DNA of 64,000 nucleotides. Origin: Candidatus Bathyarchaeota archaeon. Its GTDB lineage: Archaea; Thermoproteota; Bathyarchaeia; 40CM-2-53-6. Positions 9,495 to 20,527 of the stretch are shown piece by piece. The translations under genes and the position numbers were made by a program. The notes beneath the pieces were generated by a model that ran no database searches, was not told the origin of the DNA, and saw only the letters and a list, made by a program, of their open reading frames with translations. Within the stretch, counting starts at the first letter, position 1. Each line of letters opens with the position of its first letter. The stretch covers positions 1 through 64,000 of the forward strand of contig CAVPLU010000006.1 in NCBI GenBank assembly GCA_963706285.1, given 5' to 3'.

Positions 9495-10349
9495 TTGACC
9501 GAAGAGAGAATCATCAAGATGCCTCCAGAATGGGGAGGGGTTGTGCCAACAGAAGCTTTCTTGGAACAGGGGCGAAAGATCATTGATGAAGCAACAAGGG
9601 CGCAAATCCCCCTCAGACTAATCGGGGGCGTTGCCATTCGTCTCCACAGCAGCGAGTACAGTGAATTCGCAAAGAGACTAGGTAGGCTTGGTCCCAAAGA
9701 ACAGGAATACACTGACCTAGACTTCATGTCATACCTGAAATCTCGAGACAATGTACGTAAGTTCTTCGAATCAGTCGGGTACCGAAAGAGGCGGACAACA
9801 CTATCTTCTGCATCGACGCAACGCCACATATACTTCCACCCGGACGGGTGGTTCTACGTCGACGTCTTCTTCGACAAGCTTCTGGCTGCGAACCATCCGC
9901 TTGATTTCAGAAAAAGGCTTGAACTAGACTCCCTCACAATCTCTCTTGCAGACTTACTGCTTGAGAAGCTGCAGATAGTATCATTCAGCGAGAAGGATCT
10001 CAAAGACACATTGCTACTTCTGCGAGCTCACTCGTTGGGAGAAGGGCAGACGCAAGAGAGTATTGATATGCGCTTTGTTGCTTCGCTCCTCGCGAAGGAC
10101 TGGGGGTTCTGGTACACTGCGACGACGAACCTGAAAGGCTTGAAGAAGACCATCTCGGAGATGGTCGAGTTGAACGAGACAGAAAAGAGCGACATAGCCT
10201 CAAAGATCTCCAAGCTTCTTGAGAGAATCGAGAACGAACCCAAGACCACTGGCTGGAAGATGCGGTCAACGATCGGCGCAAGAAAGAAATGGTATGAAAC
10301 GGTGGAGACTTCTCAAACGGTAGGGGAATTCGGCATCTGGAGACTCTGA
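9495..10349 (+). CDS. Uncharacterised nucleotidyltransferase-fold protein
   Basis: LIGGVAIRLH...TDLDF and VDVF motifs typical of the Pol-beta NTase superfamily. Confidence 0.7.
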   Translation: MTEERIIKMPPEWGGVVPTEAFLEQGRKIIDEATRAQIPLRLIGGVAIRLHSSEYSEFAKRLGRLGPKEQEYTDLDFMSYLKSRDNVRKFFESVGYRKRRTTLSSASTQRHIYFHPDGWFYVDVFFDKLLAANHPLDFRKRLELDSLTISLADLLLEKLQIVSFSEKDLKDTLLLLRAHSLGEGQTQESIDMRFVASLLAKDWGFWYTATTNLKGLKKTISEMVELNETEKSDIASKISKLLERIENEPKTTGWKMRSTIGARKKWYETVETSQTVGEFGIWRL

Positions 10350-10471
10350 CTAAGGGACGCAAGCCCGCATTAGTCAGCGACCTCCTTATCCACTAACAAA
10401 GAAAGACTGGTATGGACAGAAGGTTTCGAGACCATACGCTCAATATGACCTGAGCAACAGGCCTTGAGCTT

Positions 10472-11125
10472 CTATGAAGCCACTAGCTTCTTGAATAGCT
10501 CTACAGCATCAACGGCATTGTCGCTGTAGCCTTCCGCTCCTATTTCATGCGCCCATTCCGCGGTCACCGCAGCTCCGCCTACAGCAATTTTCACATTCTT
10601 CCGGATACCGGCCTTTTCGATTGCCTCGACCGTGTTCTTCTGTTCCGGAGTCGAGACAGTGAGCAATGCTGACATGGCAACTATCTGTCCGTTTGACTCT
10701 TTGGTCTTGTCCACAAAGTTGTCCGGAGATACATCCACCCCAAGGTCATTTACCTCGAAACCTGCCGCTTCCAGCATCACCGCAACGATGTTCTTTCCTA
10801 TGTCGTGGATATCTCCGCGGACAGTTCCAATGACCACGATTCCGGTACTCTTCCGCTGCAACTTGCGCTTGAGGATGATTGGTCTGAGCACCTCGACTCC
10901 TGCTTTCATCGCTTCTCCGGCCATCACAAGTTCCGTGAGGAAAGCTTCGCCCGCGGCGAATCTGTCCCCGATCGTGTGAACACCTTTCGCCAAACCATCA
11001 TCGATTGCCTCAATGGGATCGATTCCAAGTCGAACCGCCTCCTGAGCGGCGGCTCTAACCTTGTCTGCATCCAAATCAAGCACTGCTTTCCTTAGGTCCT
11101 CTATGACCTGAGACTTTGAACTCAT
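10472..11125 (-). CDS. Methyltransferase cognate corrinoid protein (MttC/MtbC-like)
   Basis: B12-binding GDIHDIGKNIV, DLGVDV, SALL, VGGA motifs plus N-terminal four-helix cap. Confidence 0.92.
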   Translation of the reverse strand: MSSKSQVIEDLRKAVLDLDADKVRAAAQEAVRLGIDPIEAIDDGLAKGVHTIGDRFAAGEAFLTELVMAGEAMKAGVEVLRPIILKRKLQRKSTGIVVIGTVRGDIHDIGKNIVAVMLEAAGFEVNDLGVDVSPDNFVDKTKESNGQIVAMSALLTVSTPEQKNTVEAIEKAGIRKNVKIAVGGAAVTAEWAHEIGAEGYSDNAVDAVELFKKLVAS

Positions 11126-11251
11126 CTCGAAAGTGCTCCTGTTTGAAGACGTGACACACTGCGGGCGTATCGATATTAGCCTTAACTCTTCTGGTTCCGG
11201 TTCTTTCAGTCACAGCTACCCTAAAAGAGTGAATGTATCTGCTGTCAGATT

Positions 11252-11872
11252 GTGGAGGTCCGATCAACGGATTTGTACGAGCAGTTGAAGATAGAGATCT
11301 GTCGTGTCATGCAGTTGGCCTCGTCTAAGGGTTGGTCGCCGGGCAGCAGCGCCAACATTAGCGTCCGAGTTCCAGAGACAAATCATGTATGCATAAAATC
11401 CACAGGCACGAGCATGGCATTTGCCAACCTCGACCCTAATTCGAGCGTTGTCGTGACTGACCTTGATGGAAATCTCGTGGATGGTGCTCAGAAACCTTCC
11501 ATTGAACTAAGATTTCATTTGGGCATATACAAGGCTAGGCCAGATGTTGGCGCCATCTTGCATGCGCACCCACCATATGCCACTTCATACGCCGTCGTAA
11601 ACCGAGAGCTCCCACTAATCTCAGGCCCTGGGCGCTTCATACTGAAGAAGGTGCCACTACTCGCATTTGCCCCTTCAGGTTCACATGAACTTGCCGAAAT
11701 GGTTACAGCGGCATTTTCCGATCGGGCTGTACTATCGGCACTGTTGAGCGGGCATGGTGTTGTTGCAGTTGGTGCTGACATGTACGAAGCTTTCAAGCAC
11801 CTTGATTGGACCGAGGACGCAGCCCAGATCGCGCTTCTCTCTAGTTTACTCAAAGACAAGCCTTCGAGATGA
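11252..11872 (+). CDS. Class II aldolase/adducin family protein (FucA/AraD-like)
   Basis: ANISVR, KPSIELRFH, ILHAHPPYA, LLSGHGVV metal-binding His motifs. Confidence 0.88.
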   Translation: MEVRSTDLYEQLKIEICRVMQLASSKGWSPGSSANISVRVPETNHVCIKSTGTSMAFANLDPNSSVVVTDLDGNLVDGAQKPSIELRFHLGIYKARPDVGAILHAHPPYATSYAVVNRELPLISGPGRFILKKVPLLAFAPSGSHELAEMVTAAFSDRAVLSALLSGHGVVAVGADMYEAFKHLDWTEDAAQIALLSSLLKDKPSR

Positions 11873-12302
11873 TGAGACATCCCTAACTGTGATGGTCGTT
11901 CGACGGGGTCTATGTGACGCAACCAGGATCCTTGATGGCAGCTATCCCCTAGGCTTCTTGCCGGTAGTCCCACGCAACTCACTTTGGGAAGCGCGTTTTC
12001 GTGACATGCCAGATCTTTCCCTAGTCCTTCGACTTCGAATGGCTCACGGGTTGATGCCCAAACCGCCTTCAGTCTGCTGATCGCTGCATCTAGATCCCGG
12101 GCCATCATCATTGATCCAGATAGATCATGCGTCGTCTTTTCTCCTGCCGATACTCAGGCAGAGTTGTGGCATGTTAGACTGGGTACGAGGACTATACGAC
12201 AAGAACTTCTGGATTCACGATGTGTGGCAGTCTCTCACCCTTAAGAGCATACATCAAAAAGAGAGTCTGAGGTATTGTCAGAGAAGCAGAAGAACGCCGA
12301 GC

Positions 12303-12962
12303 CTAAGGCATGTGGCACTTGAGAGAGGACATTATCGGTTCGAAGAACTTTCCCAATTGTTCGGATGTCTCAGGACGCGCGAAAGCATACACCACGTAAA
12401 ACCTTCCTGAGTCATCACATTGCAGATGCATGGAGTGCGAGTCCTGTGCCACTCGACGCGCACCGAACGGGAAGCCTCCACGTTCGACAACCATCCGTGC
12501 ATGAGTGTAAACAGCATCATGCCCCTGAATCCTCAAACTCTTAATCTCGGGGGTTCCCTCGAGTTTCGCACGCGTGCTCTTCACTGAGCGCTCGATACTG
12601 GCGGCCGCCTGAGCAGCTGCTGTGGCATATCGTCTTCTTGCCTCCTCAAGACTTCCCCATGAGAGGAAAACCTTGAAGCCTTCTTCGAGATGAAAGACAA
12701 CGTCGCCCTTCTCTCTTCGCGTCTTGGGATTGAGTTCAAGACGCGCATTGTTCGGGTACTTGGCTGAGAACCCATACATTGCCAGAAGCTCGTATTCCTG
12801 ATGCGCGGGGTGTCTCGCCTTTTCGTCCGCTCCTGCACCTTCCGTCACAATTAGCTCTTCATCACTCGTCCGCTTGTCGTCGTCCGAGTCTTTCGTGACT
12901 TGTGTTCGATTGGCGCCGAACAACTTCAGCAACTTGTCGATGAGATTGTCAGTGTCCTTCAT
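12303..12962 (-). CDS. Hypothetical protein (possible PsbP/Mog1-like fold)
   Basis: 219-aa ORF with ATG start and protein-like composition; FSAKYP, alternating beta strands and C-terminal helix. Confidence 0.6.
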   Translation of the reverse strand: MKDTDNLIDKLLKLFGANRTQVTKDSDDDKRTSDEELIVTEGAGADEKARHPAHQEYELLAMYGFSAKYPNNARLELNPKTRREKGDVVFHLEEGFKVFLSWGSLEEARRRYATAAAQAAASIERSVKSTRAKLEGTPEIKSLRIQGHDAVYTHARMVVERGGFPFGARRVAQDSHSMHLQCDDSGRFYVVYAFARPETSEQLGKFFEPIMSSLKCHMP

Positions 12963-13799
12963 GATTAGAGTCCGATGGCAAGGCAGCGAGGTTGGATATT
13001 ACCTCTCCGTAATCTACCGCTGTCTTCCTCACTTGTCGTTTCCAACGTAGATTGTGGCTGGCATGCTGGAGTCTCTAGATCGGTTGGGCCCCACATTCAT
13101 AGAGAAGTCAGAGTAGCCAGTTATGGCGGCTTGGTAGTTGCCAAGAGAGGGCTAACCAAGAGAATCGTTGAGCAGGCCAAACAGAGTTTGGCGAAATATG
13201 GACGGCTCGTCCCGCCTCTCGGTACAGTTCTTGCGAAGGCCCTTGGCTTGGGGTTACTCGATAACCCGCTTCCTGATCGCTTACTTACGGATGTTGCCAG
13301 AAGCCTGTTGTGTTCGACATTTTGCAGGCTCGTTCATCTCCCGCGAGCTACCACTTTCAAGGCCACAATAATGGCAATGACGTTTGGCGTGGCGCTGCTG
13401 TCGCTAGTGGTTCAAGCAGAAATCTTGCAGGTCTCCGCGAAGAGCATGAAGCTGTAGAGCTTAACGTATTCCTCTGAGGCGATCTTTCGGTAAGAACCGC
13501 CCTGTTCATTCTCAGAGACTACTCTACGGGACGGTGACGGTTAATCCGTCGAGTTCAAGCGTCTTGTCCAGTAGCTCCATGCCTACACGGTTCGCTTTGC
13601 CGTGATTTCGAGCCGCAAGATCGATAAGGGTCAAGTCACCCGACGGGGCGATGGGTTCGCGGTAGATTAGGTGTGCTTTCCGAAGGCTTGGAGCATGTCC
13701 TTGGATAGAGGTTCAACGCCAGCTCATTGGCAGTACATCCTCAGGATACAATCAGAGGTGACTAACACTTCTTATTACTATACACAAGTACTAGTATGA

Positions 13800-14454
13800 A
13801 TGCAAATGCAATCTAGTCGCAGGGCAAGCACTTTGCTCAACACCTCTCGTTGGCAATGTGTGAATGTGGTCTCAGCATATCTTGTGCCCAAACGTCTCTC
13901 TGAGAAAGAGCCTCCAAGGGAACAGATAGCGAGATTTGAAAAAGAGATTCTTGCTGCGCTCGGACGTTGCCCTGAGATAACTGATATGACACAGTTACTC
14001 AGAGACGATGAGAAACGTAAATGGATGCTACAAGTGACACCATTCTATCCAGTTGTCGGAGTTCTGCAGTTACCTATTCGCCTCCAGAAGATAGCAAAGA
14101 GATATGAAGATAGGGAGCCGAGAGGTATCATCGCGTTCGATGGCCCTGTTGCTGATAGCGCCCTTGTCTTCGGGAGAGAACGTGGCTGGATTTGCTGATG
14201 TACGAGACAAGATGATGGAAATCATTCATGGAACTGGTCTTGAGTTGAAGACTGTGCCTCCCAGCGTCCTCCACTATGGATTTCACATAGTGAATGGCAA
14301 TGTCTCGCGGAGCCACAAATCTCAGAGGCTGGAACACTCCTTGATTTTGCCTAGTGTGGCTACGATGAAAGATGCAATGCAGGTCACGTATCTGGTTCCA
14401 TCAGGAGCACTGCTATCGACTGATCTTCTACGATCTCGCAAGCGTCTCCAATGA
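13800..14454 (+). pseudogene. Disrupted hypothetical gene (two overlapping ORFs)
   Basis: ORFs 13800-14198 and 14104-14454 overlap in different frames with a plausible shift near 14170; no recognisable family. Confidence 0.35.
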
Positions 14455-14739
14455 ATGCAACGTCTTAATTGAAAGGATCAATGAAACGCACAGTCAGATT
14501 TCATGCAGATAATATTGAACCTGATCGAGAAAGGCTTTGCTGATGCTCAAGCGACGTTCTTTGAAGCCGAAGGATACGGACAAACGTCGGCACTCTGAAC
14601 TGGACAAGCTTTCAGACCGCAGCAGTCGTCGAGCAATCGCATGCGAAGTTCTTGACACAACTCGCTCAGACAGCATTTGGGCAAGCATTGATGAGACATA
14701 CGCGTACAGACAGAGCGATAGCGCGGCTGATGTGAGCGC

Positions 14740-14997
14740 ATGCGTGAATGCGTCGTCTGCGGCCGAATCTGCCTTGACGAGCAGGCGGGCCTCTGCGTCA
14801 AATGTAGTGTAGAAGTCAGTCTAGGTCGTGCGCTGTCAGAATTGTCTGCTCTGGATCGGCGAACGAGGCAAACCATGTCCTCGATGCAAACCGTAAGTCG
14901 GATATGTAGGGGCGCCCATCAAGAGCCACAATCTGTCAGTACGCGACAAGAATCAACATTGGTAAGAGAAGGGTTAAGAAAATGCTCTCTAAGGTGA
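14740..14997 (+). CDS. Small putative Zn-finger protein
   Basis: CVVC...CVKC pairs at the N-terminus of an 85-aa ATG ORF. Confidence 0.35.
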   Translation: MRECVVCGRICLDEQAGLCVKCSVEVSLGRALSELSALDRRTRQTMSSMQTVSRICRGAHQEPQSVSTRQESTLVREGLRKCSLR

Positions 14998-15039
14998 ATT
15001 ACATGACAGATCGGTTCGCTTGGATGGTCTAGGTGTTAC

Positions 15040-16356
15040 TTGTTGGACAAAGGCGTAGAGATCAGCAACCCGACGGGCAAGCTAGGTGTATTGCTTGTCG
15101 GTCTCGGAGCCGTCAGCACGACATTGATCGCTGGCGTCGAAGCTGTGAAGCTCGGAATTGCAAAACCAATCGGCAGCCTCACGCAGATGGGAACCATTCG
15201 TCTTGGAAAGCGAACTGAGAAGAGAACTCCTCTCATCAAGGAATTTGTGCCACTGACGAATCTAGAAGATCTTGTGTTTGGTGCATGGGACATTTTTCCG
15301 GACGACGCCTTTGTAGCTGCATCAAAGGCTGCCGTTCTAGATCAAACGCTGCTCAAGGCCCTGGAAGCGCCGCTTCGGAATATCAAGCCAATGAAAGGCG
15401 TCTTTGAACAGAAATGGGTGAAGCGACTATCAGGGACACACGTGAAGGTTGGCCGCAACAAGAAAGACCTCGCTGATCAGATTGCCGCGGACATCAGGGA
15501 GTTCAAGGCTAGAACAGGAGTCTCAAGGTTGGTTATGATCTGGTGTGCCTCCACGGAGGCGCACACCATTGTCAAGCCTGAACATCAAACCCTCGCGGCT
15601 TTTGAGAAAGCTTTGGAAGATAACTCGCCTGAGATTTCTCCTTCAATGATCTACGCCTATGCGTCTCTGTCAATAGGAGTCCCCTTTGCTAACGGAGCTC
15701 CGAATCTCTGTGTCGACATTCCAGCGCTCGTCGAACTTGCCAGGCGCAACGGCGTGCCCGTTGCTGGCAAAGATCTGAAGACCGGCCAGACGCTCATGAA
15801 GACAATACTCGCCCCGGGATTCAAGGCACGAATGCTTGGTGTGCGCGGCTGGTACTCAACTAACATTCTGGGCAATCGGGATGGTGAGGTGCTGGATGAT
15901 CCTGAAAGCTTCAGGACCAAGGAGGAGTCCAAGCTTGGAGTTCTGAAGTACATTCTTCAGCCTGAACTGTATCCTGACTTGTACGGAGACATCAGACACC
16001 AAGTCAGGATCGACTACTATCCTCCGCGAGGTGACAACAAGGAGGGATGGGACAACATTGACATCTTCGGTTGGCTCGGCTACCCGATGCAGATCAAGAT
16101 CAACTTCCTGTGTAGAGATTCAATTCTCGCTGCTCCGGTCGTGTTGGATGTAGCTTTGTTCATGGATCTTGCTCAGCGAAGCGGCATGAAAGGGATCCAA
16201 GAATGGTTGAGCTTCTACTTCAAGAGCCCAATGACTGCTACTGCTCTCTATCCAGAGCATGACTTGTTCATCCAATTGATGAAGCTGAAGAACACACTCC
16301 GATACCTCCGAGGCGAGGAATTGATCACGCACCTTGGGCTTGAGTACTACGACTGA
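15040..16356 (+). CDS. ino1: Myo-inositol-1-phosphate synthase
   Basis: GLGAVSTT, WCASTE, GKDLKTGQT, NILGNRDG, CRDSILAAP motifs. Confidence 0.93.
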   Translation: MLDKGVEISNPTGKLGVLLVGLGAVSTTLIAGVEAVKLGIAKPIGSLTQMGTIRLGKRTEKRTPLIKEFVPLTNLEDLVFGAWDIFPDDAFVAASKAAVLDQTLLKALEAPLRNIKPMKGVFEQKWVKRLSGTHVKVGRNKKDLADQIAADIREFKARTGVSRLVMIWCASTEAHTIVKPEHQTLAAFEKALEDNSPEISPSMIYAYASLSIGVPFANGAPNLCVDIPALVELARRNGVPVAGKDLKTGQTLMKTILAPGFKARMLGVRGWYSTNILGNRDGEVLDDPESFRTKEESKLGVLKYILQPELYPDLYGDIRHQVRIDYYPPRGDNKEGWDNIDIFGWLGYPMQIKINFLCRDSILAAPVVLDVALFMDLAQRSGMKGIQEWLSFYFKSPMTATALYPEHDLFIQLMKLKNTLRYLRGEELITHLGLEYYD

Positions 16357-16546
16357 CCAATCCAAATGCCATGGTTGAACCGCGCCGCATACTACAAAGG
16401 CAACAGGTCGATCCAGCATGGTTGTTGCACCGATGTATACCGGATGGAGTCCTGCTGCTCTGGATTGCATTGTATCAATAAATAGCTCAGCGGACGAGGC
16501 TGAGGAAACCGAATGATTTAGAATCTTCTCTATGACAAACTAAGCT

Positions 16547-16837
16547 GTGATTTCGATGGCTCTTGTAGTCTTAGGTGTGCTTGGCGGCGCAGCCGTCGGC
16601 GGGCTTGGCGGATGGGCTCTTGGCGGGTTTGCTGGTGCTGCACTAGGAGGTATAGCCGGCGCGGCTCTCGGCGGAGCGCTTGGCGCAGCTGCATCCTACC
16701 AGTGCTACTACTATCCGTACCGGCCTCTCTACTTCAACAGGTATTACTACCAGCCATCCTATCCAGTGGCGATGCCATACGTGTACCAACAATACCCAAT
16801 GCAATGGTTCCCAGCGCCCGCTTTCGGGTACTGGTAG
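16547..16837 (+). CDS. Small glycine-zipper protein with Tyr/Pro/Gln-rich tail
   Basis: Repeated GxxxG/LGG motifs over about 45 residues, then YQCYYYPYRPLYFNRYYYQPSYP. Confidence 0.65.
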   Translation: MISMALVVLGVLGGAAVGGLGGWALGGFAGAALGGIAGAALGGALGAAASYQCYYYPYRPLYFNRYYYQPSYPVAMPYVYQQYPMQWFPAPAFGYW

Positions 16838-16966
16838 CCGTGTCGTCCAAACTCGAGTGTTCAATGAGCAGGCGCCGCTAGGTAACCCACGATAGGGTCG
16901 CACCTGTCAAGCTGTGTGATCCTAGGCGCCACAATCAGCGGTATCAGTCGCTCTCAAGATTCAGTT

Positions 16967-17389
16967 TCATTTGATGTTGAATTGTGCATACTGTCCTTCG
17001 AATTCCGTCGGAAGTGCTCTAAGAATCTCAATCCACCGGAGGACGCCGTCGGAATACTTTAGGAGTTTCATGAAGCTGCCCTTGACCTTGAGCTTACGGG
17101 TCATTAGAGCGTTGTTAGCTCCAAGCTTTCCTGTTAGGATGTCGACCCAAATCCCATATGGCGCTGAAAGCCGGAAAGTTGCCTCTCTCTCAGTAGGATA
17201 GATTTCAACGATCTTTCCATCTTCTATCCTATAACAGAGAGTAAGGTTCTCAACAACGCCCTTGTCAGGCTCCGCTTCGAGCACAAGCGTGTAGATTTCG
17301 TTCTCACCCTTTGAAAGTTCGAGATACTTTGCGTCAGAATTGGTTCTCTTTACTGCTTCGTCCATATATTCTGGGGTACCCAGCTTCAA
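16967..17389 (-). CDS. SCP2 sterol/lipid-binding domain protein
   Basis: WVDILTGKLGANNALMTRKLKVKGSFMKLL signature. Confidence 0.8.
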   Translation of the reverse strand: MKLGTPEYMDEAVKRTNSDAKYLELSKGENEIYTLVLEAEPDKGVVENLTLCYRIEDGKIVEIYPTEREATFRLSAPYGIWVDILTGKLGANNALMTRKLKVKGSFMKLLKYSDGVLRWIEILRALPTEFEGQYAQFNIK

Positions 17390-17767
17390 GAAGCTACGCT
17401 CCGAGATGTATTTGATCTAACTATGATCTTAACAGCTTCGGTGCCAAGGTTCGTGAGATTTCAAGCTCCTGTCGACAGGTGCTTGGACGACGTGACGCCA
17501 AAACTCAAAGGAATGACATCAACGCTTCGGCAACAAAGCCAATCGCTGGGGGATGCTCCTAGTATCTGCAGCTATGCTCCCAGATTCAATTCAACCTTTC
17601 GAGACCTTTCTGAAAAGGGTAGGATTGAGCAGAACTCTGCGTCAACACTGGCATTTGACGAACAAGCAACAGGTCGGCCCTAAGATTCTCCGATACGGAG
17701 AGGAAACGCGAAATACGACAGAAGATGTTGCACAAGTACATAATAGACAAGTAGAGAGTGAGACTAG

Positions 17768-18451
17768 ATGCTTGTCATGAAGCCCATAGATAGGAAAGTA
17801 CTGCGGGACTTGAAACGGGAAGTCATCCAAACTGCGAAGACACTCTTTGATGAGGAGCTTGTCAAGCTGACGTTCGGTGTTGTCAGCGCACGGATCCCAG
17901 ACACAGATTATGTCTTGATAACTCCTAGCGGCTTTAGCAAGGCGAAACTGAACACGAAGGAGCTCATAGTGCTCGATCTAGAAGGAGGTCTTGTTGAAGG
18001 GCAGCTAAGACCCTCAGTTGAGTCGAAAACACACTGCTATTTACACAAGCTGAGGCCCGACGTTGGTGCGGTTATCCATACTCACTCTCCGGTTGCATCG
18101 GGATTCGCTTCTGCAAACGCAGAGATAACCTGCGTCTCCACAGAGCAGGCTTTCGTGCTGGGCGGAACCGTGCCTGTCGTCGAGCGCTACGTAATGCCTG
18201 GCTCACAGGACCAAAGTGATTTGGAGATCATTGAAGAGACGTTCAGGAGTTCAAGAGCTTTGCTTCTGAAGAACCATGGCGTTCTTGTCATAGGTGTAAA
18301 TCTCCAAGAAGCATTGAACAATGCGATAGTCGTCGAGGACGCAGCACAAATCGCATTGATTAGTAGACTACTAGGAAAATCGGAGAAACTCCCAGACATA
18401 GCGATCAAGAATCTCGTGGACTTCAGAGCGCAATACGGCCAACGGAAGTAG
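17768..18451 (+). CDS. Class II aldolase/adducin family protein
   Basis: GVVSAR, ITPSG, PSVE, VIHTHSP, LLKNHGVL. Confidence 0.9.
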   Translation: MLVMKPIDRKVLRDLKREVIQTAKTLFDEELVKLTFGVVSARIPDTDYVLITPSGFSKAKLNTKELIVLDLEGGLVEGQLRPSVESKTHCYLHKLRPDVGAVIHTHSPVASGFASANAEITCVSTEQAFVLGGTVPVVERYVMPGSQDQSDLEIIEETFRSSRALLLKNHGVLVIGVNLQEALNNAIVVEDAAQIALISRLLGKSEKLPDIAIKNLVDFRAQYGQRK

Positions 18452-18572
18452 CGCCTACGCTAGAAGCGTCGGGGGGCGTGATCCAAAGCGTGTAATAAGG
18501 TACGCATAACTTCTGCTTCCGCGGCATGGTTCGCATGGATAACTTGAATCATTCGTTGCGAGGCACAGCTAG

Positions 18573-19058
18573 ATGATTGTGCGCTTCGACAAGTTTAGCC
18601 AAGCTGCAATTGTGGTGAGAGATCTTAAGGCGTCTACGAAGCACTTCTGGGAAGAGCTTGGTGTAGGACCTTGGAAGATATGGAGATTCGATTCCAGCAA
18701 CCTGACCGACATGACTCTTCATGGAAACCCCGCTGAGTATTCATTCATAGTGGGAATGGCGTATGTCGGTGATGTCTCCATAGAACTTGTCCAGCCCTTA
18801 GAGGGAGAAAGCATCTTCAAGGAGTTTCTCAACAAAAAAGGTGAGGGGATACATCACCTCAAGTACTCCTCTCAAGAGGCCGAAAGAATAGTTGAGCAGT
18901 TCAAGAAGAGAGGAGGGAAGGTGTTGCAGAGCGCTAGAATCGGAGATGCCGCATTCCACTATCTTGATACGGAATCCAAGTTGGGATTCATTCTAGAGGT
19001 GGCAACTGGACGAGCGTTGCGAGACAGACCTCCAGACGAAGTCTATCCACTAAAGTAG
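18573..19058 (+). CDS. VOC / glyoxalase family protein (methylmalonyl-CoA epimerase-like)
   Basis: IVVRDL, IELVQPLEGESIF..FL...GEGIHHL, YLDT...GFILE. Confidence 0.85.
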   Translation: MIVRFDKFSQAAIVVRDLKASTKHFWEELGVGPWKIWRFDSSNLTDMTLHGNPAEYSFIVGMAYVGDVSIELVQPLEGESIFKEFLNKKGEGIHHLKYSSQEAERIVEQFKKRGGKVLQSARIGDAAFHYLDTESKLGFILEVATGRALRDRPPDEVYPLK

Positions 19059-19150
19059 TCAACCCAAATCGTCGAGCGTCGGTGTGAATATGTCACGAAC
19101 TCCGACACGGATTTCTCCAAAAGAAAAGGCGCCATAGCAGAATAGGCTGG

Positions 19151-19582
19151 CTAGTCAGAGGACAATTTGTTAAGGAGAGCTGCAACACCGGCTTCTGAGA
19201 CAGATGTATCCTGGTCGACTGTTCCAGAGCTGCAACCGACCGCGCCAACTACGGTATTCTTGAACGCGATCGGCACTCCTCCTCCCAATATGCAGATCCG
19301 GCCACCACACAGCGTGTTGGCTCCGTAGTCCGGTTGTCCGGGCTGCGCAAGTTTCGCCTCATCTGCTGTGCGACATCCCAGAATCGCGGATGTGTACGCT
19401 TTGTCTATTGCGACCTGTATACAACCCAGCACTGCGCCATCCATTCGCTCGAAAGTGAGCAGGTTGCCCGCCTCATCTGTCACAGCAATATCCATCGGAA
19501 CGCCGATTTCGAGGGCTTTCTTTCTGCATGCTTCCAGCGCGACATGAACGTCCTGCAAGGTCAGTTTCGGAACCTGAATCAA
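19151..19582 (-). CDS. GlcG/HbpS family heme-binding protein
   Basis: IAVTDEAGNLL.FERMDGA, KAYTS, GGGVPI...VGAVGCSSG...D. Confidence 0.88.
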   Translation of the reverse strand: MIQVPKLTLQDVHVALEACRKKALEIGVPMDIAVTDEAGNLLTFERMDGAVLGCIQVAIDKAYTSAILGCRTADEAKLAQPGQPDYGANTLCGGRICILGGGVPIAFKNTVVGAVGCSSGTVDQDTSVSEAGVAALLNKLSSD

Positions 19583-19670
19583 GTCAGATCACCAAAGCCG
19601 AAAGAAAGCGCAGATAGCTTAAGTATTCTCCCCACTGCGTAACCGCCAACGAACGCTGGAGTATCACTGA

Positions 19671-20435
19671 ATGCGATTGAAAGGCAAGGCAGTCATCGTG
19701 ACCGGTTCGGCTAGAGGCATCGGAAGAGCCGTTGCCCTTTCCCTGGCGAAGGAAGGCGCAAGCGTCGTCGTCGCTGATAAGGAACCCGGACACGAAACCG
19801 TGAGAATGATTCATGCTCTAGGGAAACCTGCGTTCTATGTTGCTGTTGACGTGAGAGATGCTCGATCTGTTGAAGAACTCGTATCGCGAGCCATACAGGA
19901 ATATGGTAAGATCGACGTACTGGTCAACAACGCCGGCGTCTTCATCCACGCCACGGTCGTCGACATGACTGAAGAGCAGTGGAACCTGACATTTGATGTC
20001 AACACGAAAGGAATTTTTCTGTCCTGCCAAGCCGTGGCAAGGGAGATGATAACCCGAAAGATTGCCGGCAAGATAATCAACGTCTCATCCAGCGCTGCAT
20101 TGACTGGCCACGTAGGATACTCAGCCTATTGCTCTTCCAAGCGAGCAGTCTTAGCATTCTCCGAGTGCCTAGCGAAGGAGCTTGGACCGTTTGGAATAAA
20201 CGTGAATGCGATATGCCCCGGAGACACAGAGACAGACATGCTAGAGGACGAGATCAGAAATATTGCGATACAGAAAGCTATCCCCGAGGATCAGGCACGA
20301 CAAGAGAAGCTGGCGAACATTCCCTTGGGCAGATTCGCCACGCCAGAAGATATTGCCAACATTGTCGTCTTTCTTGCGAGCGATGAGTCGAGACACGTAT
20401 CCGGGGAATTCATCAAGATCACCGGTGGAAAATAG
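19671..20435 (+). CDS. Short-chain dehydrogenase/reductase
   Basis: TGSARGIG, NNAG, YCSSK catalytic motif, VNAICPG. Confidence 0.93.
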   Translation: MRLKGKAVIVTGSARGIGRAVALSLAKEGASVVVADKEPGHETVRMIHALGKPAFYVAVDVRDARSVEELVSRAIQEYGKIDVLVNNAGVFIHATVVDMTEEQWNLTFDVNTKGIFLSCQAVAREMITRKIAGKIINVSSSAALTGHVGYSAYCSSKRAVLAFSECLAKELGPFGINVNAICPGDTETDMLEDEIRNIAIQKAIPEDQARQEKLANIPLGRFATPEDIANIVVFLASDESRHVSGEFIKITGGK

Positions 20436-20527
20436 AATCTCCTGCTGCGCATTCAAGTAGCACTCAATGAAAGCCGAGCCTAGTCAAGTGATAAGGGAGT
20501 ATTCATGCGTCTGGAGAGCTGATCTTC

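Noticed and set aside
12975-13790. 160-aa ORF or structured RNA in a long intergenic stretch
   Set aside because: No protein family motif, and no tRNA, SRP or RNase P signature that I can recognise.
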